Shown: positions 17,682 to 27,661, counted from the stretch's first letter. The stretch is 40,716 bases of DNA from an uncultured Deferribacteres bacterium (GCA_964014485.1 CAXHAT010000056.1:1-40716); one strand, 5' to 3'. Program-made: numbers and translations. Notes: generated by a model from the letters alone, not told the origin.

Positions 17682-19292
17682 TCAAGCTTGATCCTTTAAA
17701 ATCATATCCGCGCCTTTTTCGGCGATCATATAGACGGGGGCGTTGGTGTTGCCGGAAACGATGGTCGGCATAATAGAAGCGTCAACGACGCGCAGCCCTT
17801 CGATTCCATGTACGCGCAGTTGTTCATCGACCACCGCAGTTTCGTCATTCCCCATTTTGCAGGTGCCGACAGGATGGTAGACTGTTTCGAGTTGCTTTTG
17901 AATATGCAAGAAAATCGCGTCGTCGCTGCTTAGGTCGGGCGGCGTAATGATTTTTTTTCGGTAGGGTTCAAATGCTTTCGCCTGAATGACGTCAATCGCA
18001 ATTTTGGTGATTTCAAGCAGCGTTTCCTTATCGTCGTCAGATTCCAGGAAGTTGGGTTGAATCATCGGGTAGTCCGTCGGGTTGGCGCTTTTCAGTTTTA
18101 GCCAACCTCGGCTTTTCGGGCGCAGGAGCGTGGGCAACAACATAAACCCGTCGTTTGTGGGGATTGACTTATAGTTGTACGGGTCGATAGAATAGTCGTC
18201 GCCGATCTGAGTCGCGGTGAACTGGAATTGAAAATCAACGCGATCCGGGCTTTGCGAAGTGCTGCCAAACGCGACTGTTTCCAGCGGCCCAATTGTCAGC
18301 GCCCCTTGTCTAAAAAGGAAGTATTGAGCAAGATCAATCGCTTGATTTAACGGCTTCAAATGATGATTCTGCCCCTCTTGCTGATTCGAAAGTGCACTCA
18401 CGCCTAAGAACAAGTGGTCCTGTAGATTCCGCCCTACGCCGGGGAGGTTATGAGTGCAGGAAATCCCAAGCTTCTTTAATTCATCCCGCTCTCCAATTCC
18501 TGAAAGCATGAGCAACTGCGGCGAAGCAAATGCTCCGGCGCATAGAATGACTTCTTTTCGCGCTTGAAACGTTTCGTGCGTATTGCGTCCCGCTAAAACC
18601 TCGACGCCTGTTGCACGATCATTCTGAAGCACAATTTTTTTCGTGTGCGCTCGCGTCTGAATCTTGAGGTTCGGGCGTTTGAAAACAGTTTTTATAAATG
18701 CGTCGACAGCACTGTGCCGCTTGGCGTTCTTGATATTAAATTGTAAAAACCCCGTTCCAGCTTGCTTCTCGCCGTTATAATCGTCATTACGCTCGAATCC
18801 TTTTTCAACGCATGCTTCCACAAACGCTTCAGCGAAAGGCGTTTTGAAGATTTTCGGGAATGTGACGTTTAATTCTCCGGCTTTCCCGTGATAATCGTTT
18901 GAGATATCCTCGTTGTGTTCGGATTTTTTGAAATACGGCAGCACTTCTTCGTACGACCAGCCCGAGTTGCCCATCGCAGCCCAATCGTTGTAATCTTCTC
19001 GATTACCGCGAACATAGGCCATCGCATTGGTCGAGCTGCAGCCGCCAAGCGTTTTGCCGCGAGGAAGATAGATTTTGCGGTTTAAGACATGCTTTTGCGG
19101 CTCGGTTTCGTATCCCCAATCTACTTCTGATCTATGGAGTTTTATATACCCGGCAGGAATGTGGATTTCCATTTTTTTGTCCGGGCCGCCCGCTTCCAAC
19201 AGCAGCACAGAATTGGCTGGATCTGCCGAGAGTCGATTAGCCAGCAAGCATCCAGCACTCCCGGCGCCAACAATAATGTAGTCGTATTGCAT
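17682..19292 (-). CDS. GMC family oxidoreductase (choline dehydrogenase-like)
   Basis: YDYIIVGAGSAG, RGKTLGGCSSTN, LLMLSGIG, GVGRNLQDH, YHPVGTCKMG, GNTNAP; ATG 19292. Confidence 0.95.
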   Translation of the reverse strand: MQYDYIIVGAGSAGCLLANRLSADPANSVLLLEAGGPDKKMEIHIPAGYIKLHRSEVDWGYETEPQKHVLNRKIYLPRGKTLGGCSSTNAMAYVRGNREDYNDWAAMGNSGWSYEEVLPYFKKSEHNEDISNDYHGKAGELNVTFPKIFKTPFAEAFVEACVEKGFERNDDYNGEKQAGTGFLQFNIKNAKRHSAVDAFIKTVFKRPNLKIQTRAHTKKIVLQNDRATGVEVLAGRNTHETFQARKEVILCAGAFASPQLLMLSGIGERDELKKLGISCTHNLPGVGRNLQDHLFLGVSALSNQQEGQNHHLKPLNQAIDLAQYFLFRQGALTIGPLETVAFGSTSQSPDRVDFQFQFTATQIGDDYSIDPYNYKSIPTNDGFMLLPTLLRPKSRGWLKLKSANPTDYPMIQPNFLESDDDKETLLEITKIAIDVIQAKAFEPYRKKIITPPDLSSDDAIFLHIQKQLETVYHPVGTCKMGNDETAVVDEQLRVHGIEGLRVVDASIMPTIVSGNTNAPVYMIAEKGADMILKDQA

Positions 19293-19293
19293 T

Positions 19294-20910
19294 TTAAGCT
19301 TGCAAGCCTGAATACGGAATCCCAGCCAAATGGTGAAGCTCTCGATCAAAGGTAGCAATGTCGTTCTGGCAGAATTGGTTGAGATGCTCATGGCCGCACG
19401 CCCGCGCCATCACTTGCATCAATTCGACGCTGGCTTTAAAGAAATTTTCTAATCGTCGGGCAGAGAGTTCGACATCGAGGCGTTTGCGCAACTCTGGTTT
19501 TTGCGTGGCAATACCAACAGGACAATTGTTTGTATGGCAGGCGCGCATGGCTTGGCAGCCGATGGCTTGAATGGCTGAATTCGACAGCGCGACGGCGTCC
19601 GCGCCCATTGCCAGCGCTTTGATGAAATCCGGAGCTGTACGCAAGCCGCCGGTAATGACAAGCGTGATATCTTTCGCCCCGCGCTTATCCAAGTGTTTGC
19701 GGGCGCGGGCAAGCGCTGGAATCGTCGGCACCGAAATATGATTGCGAAACAGGAGGGGGGCTGCTCCGGTTCCGCCGCCGCGACCGTCCAAGATAATGTA
19801 ATCAACTCCGATTTTGAGCGCGGAATCGATGTCCTGCTCAATGTGATTGGCGGATAACTTGAATCCGATTGGAATGCCGCCGGTCTCAGCGCGAACTTCT
19901 TCTGCAAGACTTTTAAAATCGCCTTCACAGGTTAAGTCAGAAAAACGTGGCGGTGAAATCGCGGAAGTTCCTTCGGGAAGTCCGCGAACCTGGCTGATTT
20001 TTCCCTGATTTTTATGACCGGGGAGATGGCCGCCTGTGCCGGTTTTTGCGCCTTGTCCGCCTTTGAAATGAAACGCTTGCGTTTTTTTGACCAATTCCAT
20101 CGAATAGCCGAATCTTGCGGAAGCGAGTTCGTAAAAATAGCGGCTGTTTTCCGCTTGTTCTTCCGGGAGCATGCCGCCTTCACCGGAGCAAATGCCTGTG
20201 CCCGCTTTTTCTGCGCCGCGCGCTAGTGAAATCTTGGCTTCTTCAGAAAGCGCGCCAAAACTCATATCTGAAACAAACAGAGGAATCTCAAGGCGCAACG
20301 GCTTTTTCGCTCGCGGGCCAATAATCACTTCAGCGCCGACTTCAACGTCTTCCAAATGTGGCAGGCGCGCAAGCTGCGCTGGGAGAATTTGAATATCGTC
20401 CCATTTGGGCAAGTGTTGTGAGCCAACACCCATCGCCGAAACCGGCCCGTGATGTCCGTCTTTGGATAATCCGTATTTTGCAAAGCGGTGAATTTCCGCC
20501 GTCTTGGGCTCCTCCGGCGCATCGTGCGTTGCGACATAGGCGCCTAGGTATTCGGTATGATCGACTTCTGTCGGATTTTTTTCTTCAAAAGCTTCAACTT
20601 CCGCTTCATCGATCCACACTTTTCCGTCAGCAATTTCTGACGTGAACTTGTGTAGAATTTCCGAATTATTATATGCACTGACACCGGTGTCGTAACGATA
20701 ATCCCAGTAGTGAACGCCGCAAATCAAGTTTTCGCCGTCAATGTGACCATCAGCCAACAAAGCGCCGCGATGGAGACACCGACCGTACAGAACGGAAACC
20801 TGATCGTCATAGCGAATGATCACCAAGTCGGTTCTCTTAACCAGCGCATAAGCCGGTTTTCTGTCCTCGAGTTTATCCCAATCGTGTATGGGGATACGTT
20901 TTTGCATCAT
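19294..20910 (-). CDS. Rieske [2Fe-2S] domain fused to FMN-binding glutamate-synthase-like domain
   Basis: Rieske CLH...CGVH; SDMSFGALS, SGEGG, KGGQGAK, DGRGGGTG and the CQAMRACHTNNCP [3Fe-4S] motif; no amidotransferase domain. Confidence 0.9.
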   Translation of the reverse strand: MMQKRIPIHDWDKLEDRKPAYALVKRTDLVIIRYDDQVSVLYGRCLHRGALLADGHIDGENLICGVHYWDYRYDTGVSAYNNSEILHKFTSEIADGKVWIDEAEVEAFEEKNPTEVDHTEYLGAYVATHDAPEEPKTAEIHRFAKYGLSKDGHHGPVSAMGVGSQHLPKWDDIQILPAQLARLPHLEDVEVGAEVIIGPRAKKPLRLEIPLFVSDMSFGALSEEAKISLARGAEKAGTGICSGEGGMLPEEQAENSRYFYELASARFGYSMELVKKTQAFHFKGGQGAKTGTGGHLPGHKNQGKISQVRGLPEGTSAISPPRFSDLTCEGDFKSLAEEVRAETGGIPIGFKLSANHIEQDIDSALKIGVDYIILDGRGGGTGAAPLLFRNHISVPTIPALARARKHLDKRGAKDITLVITGGLRTAPDFIKALAMGADAVALSNSAIQAIGCQAMRACHTNNCPVGIATQKPELRKRLDVELSARRLENFFKASVELMQVMARACGHEHLNQFCQNDIATFDRELHHLAGIPYSGLQA

Positions 20911-20928
20911 TGAATCCTTGTGAGAATA

Positions 20929-22032
20929 TCAGATCGAAGTTTTGAGGCGTTTTTCCTGGCGGAAGCGCTGAATGGCGAGTTGAATGAGGCGATCTATAAG
21001 TTCAGAATAGGGAAGACCGCTCGCTTCCCAAAGCTTGGGGTACATGCTAATTTTTGTAAATCCGGGGATAGTGTTGATCTCGTTTACATAGATTTTTTCA
21101 TCTTTGGTCACGAAGAAATCCACTCGCGCCATACCCTCGCAGTTGAGCGTTTTAAAAACGTGAATTGATAGTTTTTGAATTTTTTCCACGATTTTTTTGG
21201 GCAAATTTGCCGGGATTTCCAAACGAGCGCCTTGGCCGTCGATATATTTTGCATCATAGGAATAGAAATCGTGGGTCGGGATAATTTCTCCCGGCAATGA
21301 AGCAATTGGGTCATCATTGCCTAACACGGAGCATTCTATTTCTCTTCCGTCAATGAATTCCTCGACGACGATTTTTCGGTCGAAGGAGAAAGCCTCAGCT
21401 ACGGCCTGTTGAAAAGTTTCTTCAGAGTCTGCTTTTGAAATACCCACCGAAGAACCAAGGTTTGCCGGTTTAACAAAGACCGGCGAGCCCAGCTCGGATT
21501 GAATTTTGTCCCAGGAAATCGGCGCTTCGTGTGCGCCAAATGTTCTGAACGCGCCTTGCGGAATCCCGGCGTCGCGAAGCAGCCGTTTTGCAAAATCCTT
21601 GTCCATGCCAACCGCTGAACCGAGAACGCTTGCGCCGACGAAAGGAATTTCGGCGAGTTTCAAAAGTCCTTGTATTGTGCCGTCTTCACCTAACGGGCCG
21701 TGTAGAATCGGAAATACAACGTCTACCGCAGGAGAAGTCGCCGCATCGCGAGTGTTTAGGAATTGCTGATTCACATTGCCGGGAGTCAGCGCAATTTCGT
21801 CGCGGGATTTTTGTAATGAGATGTGTCGAGGGTCATCCGCAGCTTTCAAGAAGCGCTCGCCGTCGTTCAGACGCCATTTGCCCGATTTGTCGATTCCTAT
21901 TAAGACGGGCTCGTATTTATCGCGATCTATCGCTTCAAAAATGCTCTTGGCGGATTGCAGAGACACCTCGTGTTCCGCTGATTTTCCGCCAAACAAGATG
22001 GCCACGCGCGTTTTTTGTTCCGAAGCCGACAT
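20929..22032 (-). CDS. ddl: D-alanine--D-alanine ligase
   Basis: FGGKSAEHEVS, LHGPLGEDG, VKPANLGSSVG, YDAKY, NEINTIPGFT. Confidence 0.97.
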   Translation of the reverse strand: MSASEQKTRVAILFGGKSAEHEVSLQSAKSIFEAIDRDKYEPVLIGIDKSGKWRLNDGERFLKAADDPRHISLQKSRDEIALTPGNVNQQFLNTRDAATSPAVDVVFPILHGPLGEDGTIQGLLKLAEIPFVGASVLGSAVGMDKDFAKRLLRDAGIPQGAFRTFGAHEAPISWDKIQSELGSPVFVKPANLGSSVGISKADSEETFQQAVAEAFSFDRKIVVEEFIDGREIECSVLGNDDPIASLPGEIIPTHDFYSYDAKYIDGQGARLEIPANLPKKIVEKIQKLSIHVFKTLNCEGMARVDFFVTKDEKIYVNEINTIPGFTKISMYPKLWEASGLPYSELIDRLIQLAIQRFRQEKRLKTSI

Positions 22033-22038
22033 GTGAAA

Positions 22039-22449
22039 TTAGCGATCCTTTAAACGATAAACGAATTTCAAGCCCGACCAAACTTCGTCTACGGCGCAAA
22101 TTTTGACATCAACGAGGCCGTTCTCAAGACCTGTTAAGCGAACGACGCTTTCATCAACGTCAGTGACAACTTTGGAGGCCTTTTTTGGCCAAGAAATCCA
22201 AATCATTCCGTTCTTTTTTATAGATTTTTTTAGGGCTGGGAACTGAGTTTTGAAATCGGCTTGATCTTTGGTGAAAAAATGTATGAAATCGAAATTCCCG
22301 CCAGCAATGTTTTCAGCGAAGACAACGCCTTTCGGAATTGGGGCTAACTTTTCAAGATAATCTTCAGGATTTGATGCAAGAAAGATTTTAAAGTTTGGCT
22401 TGATCCCCAGCTTTTGCGACAATGGACGTTTTGAATAACCCGCCGACAT
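22039..22449 (-). CDS. DUF3052-like protein
   Basis: MSAGYS.RPL..KLGIK, W.SWPKKAS, GLVDVKICAVD..WSGLK. Confidence 0.8.
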   Translation of the reverse strand: MSAGYSKRPLSQKLGIKPNFKIFLASNPEDYLEKLAPIPKGVVFAENIAGGNFDFIHFFTKDQADFKTQFPALKKSIKKNGMIWISWPKKASKVVTDVDESVVRLTGLENGLVDVKICAVDEVWSGLKFVYRLKDR

Positions 22450-22487
22450 CGAATACCTTGTGATTAGAACATCATTAATTGGGGGAT

Positions 22488-23300
22488 TTATCCGGCAATC
22501 GCCAAAACGAACGCCAAAACCGTTAAGACCAAGCACCCAATAGCGAGCCATCGATGAACGGGCGTTTCGGGCTTTCGTTCCTCGTAGCCGACGAACATGG
22601 CGCAAACAAAACCGCCAATGAATCCGCCGGCGTGGGCGAAATTGTCTACATTTTCAGAGGTCAGCCCCATAAAAAAAAGGACGATTGCAAGCAGCGTCGT
22701 GACCCAGTAAACATAAGCGCCGTAATTTCCTCCGCGATCTTTGCCATAAAAAACAAAAGCGCCAAATAAGCCGAATATTGCTCCAGACGCTCCGATTGTT
22801 CGCGCTATGCCGAGGAATGTCGATGCAAGAAATCCGACGATTCCCGCAACTGTATAGATGATGAAAAAACGTGAGCTGCCGAAATGTTCTTCAACTCGAG
22901 GCCCAAGAAACCAGATAAAAAGGGAATTGAAGAAAATGTGCGCCAGGCTGCCGTGCAAGTACATGGCTGTTATGAGCGTCCACCAATGGCCTTTCATAAG
23001 GACAGGAGCCAAACCAGTCCAGCCAAGAATCTGGAGAGCGCGGCTATCCGGCTCGAGCATTGGGTTTACGCCGCCTCGGGCAAAAACTGAGATGAGCAAG
23101 CTGACAACATACAAGAGCAAACAAACTGATATGATGCCGTGAACGAAAGAGACTCGTCCGCTAAGAATGCTTTGAAAGAGCGGTACGCTCGTCATTTTCT
23201 GCGGATTGCGTCTGCCGCAATGCATGCAACTTTCAGCGTTCACACTGATCAGTTTCTTGCAGTAAGGGCAAAGCATTGATCCGATTGTATTATCTGCCAT
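22488..23300 (-). CDS. Rhomboid family intramembrane serine protease with N-terminal zinc ribbon
   Basis: CPYC..CMHC; LH....HIFFN, GASG catalytic Ser, AHAGG catalytic His. Confidence 0.92.
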   Translation of the reverse strand: MADNTIGSMLCPYCKKLISVNAESCMHCGRRNPQKMTSVPLFQSILSGRVSFVHGIISVCLLLYVVSLLISVFARGGVNPMLEPDSRALQILGWTGLAPVLMKGHWWTLITAMYLHGSLAHIFFNSLFIWFLGPRVEEHFGSSRFFIIYTVAGIVGFLASTFLGIARTIGASGAIFGLFGAFVFYGKDRGGNYGAYVYWVTTLLAIVLFFMGLTSENVDNFAHAGGFIGGFVCAMFVGYEERKPETPVHRWLAIGCLVLTVLAFVLAIAG

Positions 23301-23355
23301 TCGGGGTGATTTCTGCTGAAGGATTCAGGGGGCCAAGTTGATTTTTGAGAGCCGT

Positions 23356-23384
23356 ACTATAGGCAACCCTCGGAAAATATGCAA
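23356..23384 (-). promoter_or_regulatory. Putative sigma70 promoter for the rhomboid-DUF3052-ddl gene run
   Basis: Minus strand TTGCAT-17 nt-TATAGT. Confidence 0.5.
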
Positions 23385-23460
23385 GAAATTCCTAGCCGCG
23401 TTCCATTCTAAAGCTACTTAAATTCTTGAGTTTAACGCAGTTGATTTGTATTTATTGGTC

Positions 23461-24132
23461 ATGGAAAAAATCGCATTTTTGTTGCCAGCTTATAACGTCG
23501 AAGATCAAATTTCCGAACTGTTGACCAAATTGACGAATTCCTATGGCGCGCACGAAATTGTCGTTGTGAATGATGGTTCGACAGATAATACTGAGAGGCT
23601 TGTAAGCGCTTTTTCATTAGTCACTTGTCTGAAACATGAAAAAAATCTTGGAAAAGGCGCCGCTCTCGCAACCGGGATTCAGTATTTGAAAGAGATTGAA
23701 GGTATAAAAGGCATTTGCTTTATGGACGCAGACGGACAACATTCGCCCGAGCATGTTTCTGATTTCATTAATGCGTTTGAAGAAAGCAAGAGTGATTTTT
23801 TGATAGGCTGTAGAGATTTTCAAATCGGTGAAATGCCGCTCTTAAGGATTGTAAGCAACAAGATCACCTCCGCCCTGATTAGTTGCCGTCTACGCAGACG
23901 CATTCACGATTCGCAGTGCGGCTATCGCTTGATCAGTATGAATCTGTTGAAAAAAATGCCGACTCTAAAAGCGCAAAAGTATGATTTTGAAACGGAGTTG
24001 CTTATTCTGGCTGCGCGGCATGGCGCTAAGTTTCACCACGTTAAAGTCCGGACAATTTATCGAAGAGAGCGAAGCCACATAAGTCATTTTAAGGATACAT
24101 TGCGCTTCTTGAAAACGCTCATGACAACATAG
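23461..24132 (+). CDS. Glycosyltransferase family 2 (DPM1/polyprenol-phosphate glycosyltransferase-like)
   Basis: LPAYN, VVNDGSTD, NLGKG.A, MDADGQH, DSQCGYR, FETE. Confidence 0.92.
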   Translation: MEKIAFLLPAYNVEDQISELLTKLTNSYGAHEIVVVNDGSTDNTERLVSAFSLVTCLKHEKNLGKGAALATGIQYLKEIEGIKGICFMDADGQHSPEHVSDFINAFEESKSDFLIGCRDFQIGEMPLLRIVSNKITSALISCRLRRRIHDSQCGYRLISMNLLKKMPTLKAQKYDFETELLILAARHGAKFHHVKVRTIYRRERSHISHFKDTLRFLKTLMTT

Positions 24133-24148
24133 AATTTGAAGGTAGGAA

Positions 24149-25057
24149 ATGCACGAAAAAGACAATATTTTGAACTTCAAAGCGGCAGCTTTTGTACGAC
24201 ACCTGCTCATCGGAGGAGCAATGGGGGTAGCGAATGTTATTCCCGGGGTCAGCGGCGGGACAATTGCCGTAGTTTTTGGAATTTATGAGTATATGATGGA
24301 AGCGATCGGCAATGTATTTACAGATAAGAACCGTAGGTGGGAATATGTTCGTTTCCTGAGCGTAATTTTTGGCGGAGCAATATTGGCGATACTTGGGTTT
24401 GCAAATATTATTAAGTGGGCTTATGCAAACCACGAACTGATGACCGTTTTTTTCTTCATGGGCTTGATCGCTGGCAGCATTCCAATCATTGTGAAGTCAA
24501 ACGAAGACATGAAGCCGACTCCCTTGCGATGTTTCTTTTTTATGGTTGGCTTAGCTTTTGTTATTGGTCTAGCCCTTATGGATTCCGGAGACAAAGCTGC
24601 AGGGGCGACTTCTCAGATTGATTGGGCCAATTTTGGTCTCGTGAACTATCTATACTTTTTTCTTGCCGGGGTCGTGGCTTCATCCGCTATGATCATTCCT
24701 GGCATTAGCGGTTCATTCATTTTAATCTTGATGGGGGTTTATTGGTTGGTCATAGAGTCGGTGAGCTCCCTAACAACCACTTTTTTTGAACAAGGTTTCA
24801 CTGCAGAAATTGTTTCAAAAGCGGTTTTATTAGGAACCATGGGGGTGGGCGTTGCCGTAGGTATTATTGGATTTTCGAAAATAATTACATACGCGTTTAG
24901 ACATTTCCCGTCAATTACATTGTATGTTATTCTTGGGCTGATTGTTGGCTCATTTTATCAGATTTATCCTGGTTTTGAGTGGAGTGTAAGCGGAGGGGGT
25001 GCGATAATTACTTTTGCGATTGGGTTATTTATATCCTTGCGTTTTAGCAGGGAATGA
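24149..25057 (+). CDS. DUF368 family membrane protein (undecaprenyl-phosphate translocase family)
   Basis: Twin motifs MG.ANVIPGVSGGTIA and AMIIPGISGS; GLI.GS repeats. Confidence 0.9.
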   Translation: MHEKDNILNFKAAAFVRHLLIGGAMGVANVIPGVSGGTIAVVFGIYEYMMEAIGNVFTDKNRRWEYVRFLSVIFGGAILAILGFANIIKWAYANHELMTVFFFMGLIAGSIPIIVKSNEDMKPTPLRCFFFMVGLAFVIGLALMDSGDKAAGATSQIDWANFGLVNYLYFFLAGVVASSAMIIPGISGSFILILMGVYWLVIESVSSLTTTFFEQGFTAEIVSKAVLLGTMGVGVAVGIIGFSKIITYAFRHFPSITLYVILGLIVGSFYQIYPGFEWSVSGGGAIITFAIGLFISLRFSRE

Positions 25058-25065
25058 ATTATTAT
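25037..25065 (+). promoter_or_regulatory. Putative sigma70 promoter for tRNA-Pro
   Basis: TTGCGT-17 nt-TATTAT, 13 nt upstream of the tRNA. Confidence 0.5.
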
Positions 25066-25078
25066 TTAAGCCTTTCAT

Positions 25079-25152
25079 CGGGGCGTAGCGCAGCACGGTA
25101 GCGCGCATGCTTCGGGAGTATGAGGTCCCCGGTTCAAATCCGGGCGCCCCGA
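25079..25152 (+). tRNA. tRNA-Pro(CGG)
   Basis: Acceptor stem CGGGGCG/CGCCCCG, anticodon arm CATGC-TTCGGGA-GTATG, T-loop TTCAAAT; CCA not encoded. Confidence 0.96.
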
Positions 25153-25162
25153 TTATAAAACA

Positions 25163-25189
25163 AAAAAGCTGGCGACAGGCCAGCTTTTT
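25163..25189. terminator. Bidirectional Rho-independent terminator between tRNA-Pro and the TPR gene
   Basis: AAAAAGCTGGC-gacag-GCCAGCTTTTT. Confidence 0.85.
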
Positions 25190-25229
25190 AAGTAGTCAAA
25201 TCAAAGTTTACATAACATTGATTATGTTT

Positions 25230-26618
25230 TCAGTTTGATAATCTTTTTAGCAACTCCTGTGCTTCTGTCTTGATTGGAGAATCAATTTTGGAATTCAAGA
25301 GCCAATTTAGATGATCTACAGCCTTTTCGACATCGTTGTTTTTTGCATGAGCGACGGCAAGATGGTATTCGGCGCTGATATTTGAGCGGCTTAACTCATG
25401 TGCTGTTTCGAGATTTTTTATTGCTTGCGGCAACTGGTTGAGCTTAAGCAGGTTTTTGCCCAGAATTGTATGAATTATACTGTCCTTCTTCCCCAACGCT
25501 ATTGCTTTTTCCGCAGCCTCAACCGCTTCTTCTCCTTGCTCGGAAAAACTCAGGGCAATGGCCAAGTGTTTATAATAGAGCCCTTTTTTAGGTCCTGCTT
25601 TGATTGCAGACTGAAACGCTCTACAAGCTTCATCCTGTCTGCCTGTTCTTAAACAAGCTTCGCCTAAGGCAAACCATACCAAATCGTCTTTTACTTTGTG
25701 CTTTACATACTTTGCGTATAAATCGATCGCTCTGTCATAATCGCCGTACAAATATGCTTGATAGCCTTCAGAATAAATGTCTTGCAGCAAATTCTCGTCT
25801 ATTGGAGCATCGTTGTTTACAGCCTTTAGCGAAATAGCGCTCGCTGTTTGTTCAGAAACAATTGCTCGTTTGGCGTGAGCAGCCAAACCGCCATTATTGT
25901 CAAGATCAATGACTTTCTTGAAACAGGCGTTCGCATCCTGAATTTTTCCTTGAATGCTGTATATTTTCCCAAGCCCGAAATATGCACGTGGTTCAGCGGG
26001 ATTTAAAGTAGTAATTTTTTTGAAAGCAAGGATTCCGTCATGATACTTTTTTAGTATGCTATATACAGCACCTAAATTTAGAATTGCCAAAGAGTTATTG
26101 GGGTTGAAATAAACGCTTTCCAGCAAAAATTCTTCAGCAACATCGAATTTCCGAAGCTTCAAGTAGATCGTTCCAAGAATAAGCTTGGCCTTGTAGTAAA
26201 CTGGACAAAGCTTGAGAGAAAAGGTCAAGTTTTCTATGGCTTCATTGAAATTCTTTTCTTCAAAAAACGCGAGTCCCGCATTAAAGTAATAATCCGGGTC
26301 CTTTGGGTTTTGGGCAATCGCCTTAATCCAATTCTCGATGGCCGGCTTATAGTTTCGTTCTCGAGCAAATTTCAACGCAACTTTGTGAAGTTCTTCAGAT
26401 TCTGAGTTGATTTCCGTTGAAACCCACTTGAACTCCGCAATCGAGTCGTTAATATCCAGAGCGACTTCGCCGGCCTGCGAGTTACAATAACGCTCTTGCA
26501 GAATTGCTTCGACTTCTTCCGTTTTTTTTCCGGCTATACTTTTCTGCAGCTCGCTATTGAATTCTGAAATTGTCTTGAAGTTGATTTTGGCTGTGATGCT
26601 CTTTTTTACTGCAGGCAT
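25230..26618 (-). CDS. Tetratricopeptide repeat protein
   Basis: Multiple TPR-like helical pairs (YFNAGLAF...A, LGTIYL, NLGAVY, AYFGLG.IY, WFALGEA, YHLAVA). Confidence 0.9.
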   Translation of the reverse strand: MPAVKKSITAKINFKTISEFNSELQKSIAGKKTEEVEAILQERYCNSQAGEVALDINDSIAEFKWVSTEINSESEELHKVALKFARERNYKPAIENWIKAIAQNPKDPDYYFNAGLAFFEEKNFNEAIENLTFSLKLCPVYYKAKLILGTIYLKLRKFDVAEEFLLESVYFNPNNSLAILNLGAVYSILKKYHDGILAFKKITTLNPAEPRAYFGLGKIYSIQGKIQDANACFKKVIDLDNNGGLAAHAKRAIVSEQTASAISLKAVNNDAPIDENLLQDIYSEGYQAYLYGDYDRAIDLYAKYVKHKVKDDLVWFALGEACLRTGRQDEACRAFQSAIKAGPKKGLYYKHLAIALSFSEQGEEAVEAAEKAIALGKKDSIIHTILGKNLLKLNQLPQAIKNLETAHELSRSNISAEYHLAVAHAKNNDVEKAVDHLNWLLNSKIDSPIKTEAQELLKRLSN

Positions 26619-26702
26619 GATTCGAGAGTAATTTTATTTGAATATTTTCTATTAGGCGTGCGTGAACTGTAGTGAAAGAAAAAATCAACCCCATGAAGAA
26701 AA

Positions 26703-26776
<74 letters not shown>

Positions 26777-26831
26777 GATTGGTGTGAATATCTGCAATTT
26801 TGATCTATGAAGCAATACTTTTGAATCCGTT

Positions 26832-27626
26832 CTACGACGACTGTAATCTGGTAATCTTTTTTGCTTTCCCGGAATTTCGATCAATATCAACAATAACGGC
26901 TGATAGTTTCAGGTTTTTGTTCGCAACTTCAAAAACACGCGGCGTTTGATAAATAAAGCGTTGGATAGCGATGTCACGTTTCATACCGATAACTGAATCA
27001 TGCGACCCTGTCATTCCAGCATCAGTGATGTACGCCGTGCCGCGCGGCAACACTCTTTCGTCGGCAGTTTGAACATGCGTATGCGTGCCGAATATTGCAC
27101 TTACTCTACCGTCTAAGTACCACCCTAGCGCAATTTTTTCTGCAGTCGCTTCAGCGTGAAAATCAATAATAATATTTTTAGTTTCTTTCGAGATTTGTTT
27201 CAAAACTTCATCCGCGTAACGAAAGGGACATAGAATTGGGTAAAGAAACGTGCGCCCCTGCAAGTTCAGAATTGCAAGTTTGTCTCCTGAACCCAAATCA
27301 AAAATTTTATACCCGCGTCCGATGTTGCCCTCCGGGTAGTTTGCTGGTCTCAAAACGCGTTCTTCTTCGGCGAATAACTCCGCATTTCTCCAATTTTCCC
27401 ATGTATGGTTGCCGCCTGTAATTGCATCGACATTGGCGGCAAAAAAACGTTTTGCTATTTTGAGAGTAATGCCTTTGCCGTTATTATTTGCGTTTTCTCC
27501 ATTAACGATGGTAAAATCAACATTATGCTCAGCTTGTAAACCTGGGAGTAATTTGTAAAGCACGTCACACCCTGGTTGTCCCACAACATCAGCAACGAAC
27601 ATGACGCGCAATAAACTTTCTGTCAT
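26832..27626 (-). CDS. ymdB: YmdB-like metallophosphoesterase (TIGR00282 family)
   Basis: DVVG.PG, NGEN, TGGNH, RPANYP, DFHAEATAEK, GTHTHVQTAD, TDAGMTG; sits directly downstream of rny. Confidence 0.93.
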   Translation of the reverse strand: MTESLLRVMFVADVVGQPGCDVLYKLLPGLQAEHNVDFTIVNGENANNNGKGITLKIAKRFFAANVDAITGGNHTWENWRNAELFAEEERVLRPANYPEGNIGRGYKIFDLGSGDKLAILNLQGRTFLYPILCPFRYADEVLKQISKETKNIIIDFHAEATAEKIALGWYLDGRVSAIFGTHTHVQTADERVLPRGTAYITDAGMTGSHDSVIGMKRDIAIQRFIYQTPRVFEVANKNLKLSAVIVDIDRNSGKAKKITRLQSS

Positions 27627-27661
27627 ATCAAGCCGCAGTATAAATGAATTGGATTATGCCT

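Noticed and set aside
20929..22032. Van-type D-Ala-D-Lac ligase
   Set aside because: It retains the omega-loop Tyr (YDAKY) typical of D-Ala-D-Ala ligases, and no vanH/vanX/vanR/vanS genes are nearby.
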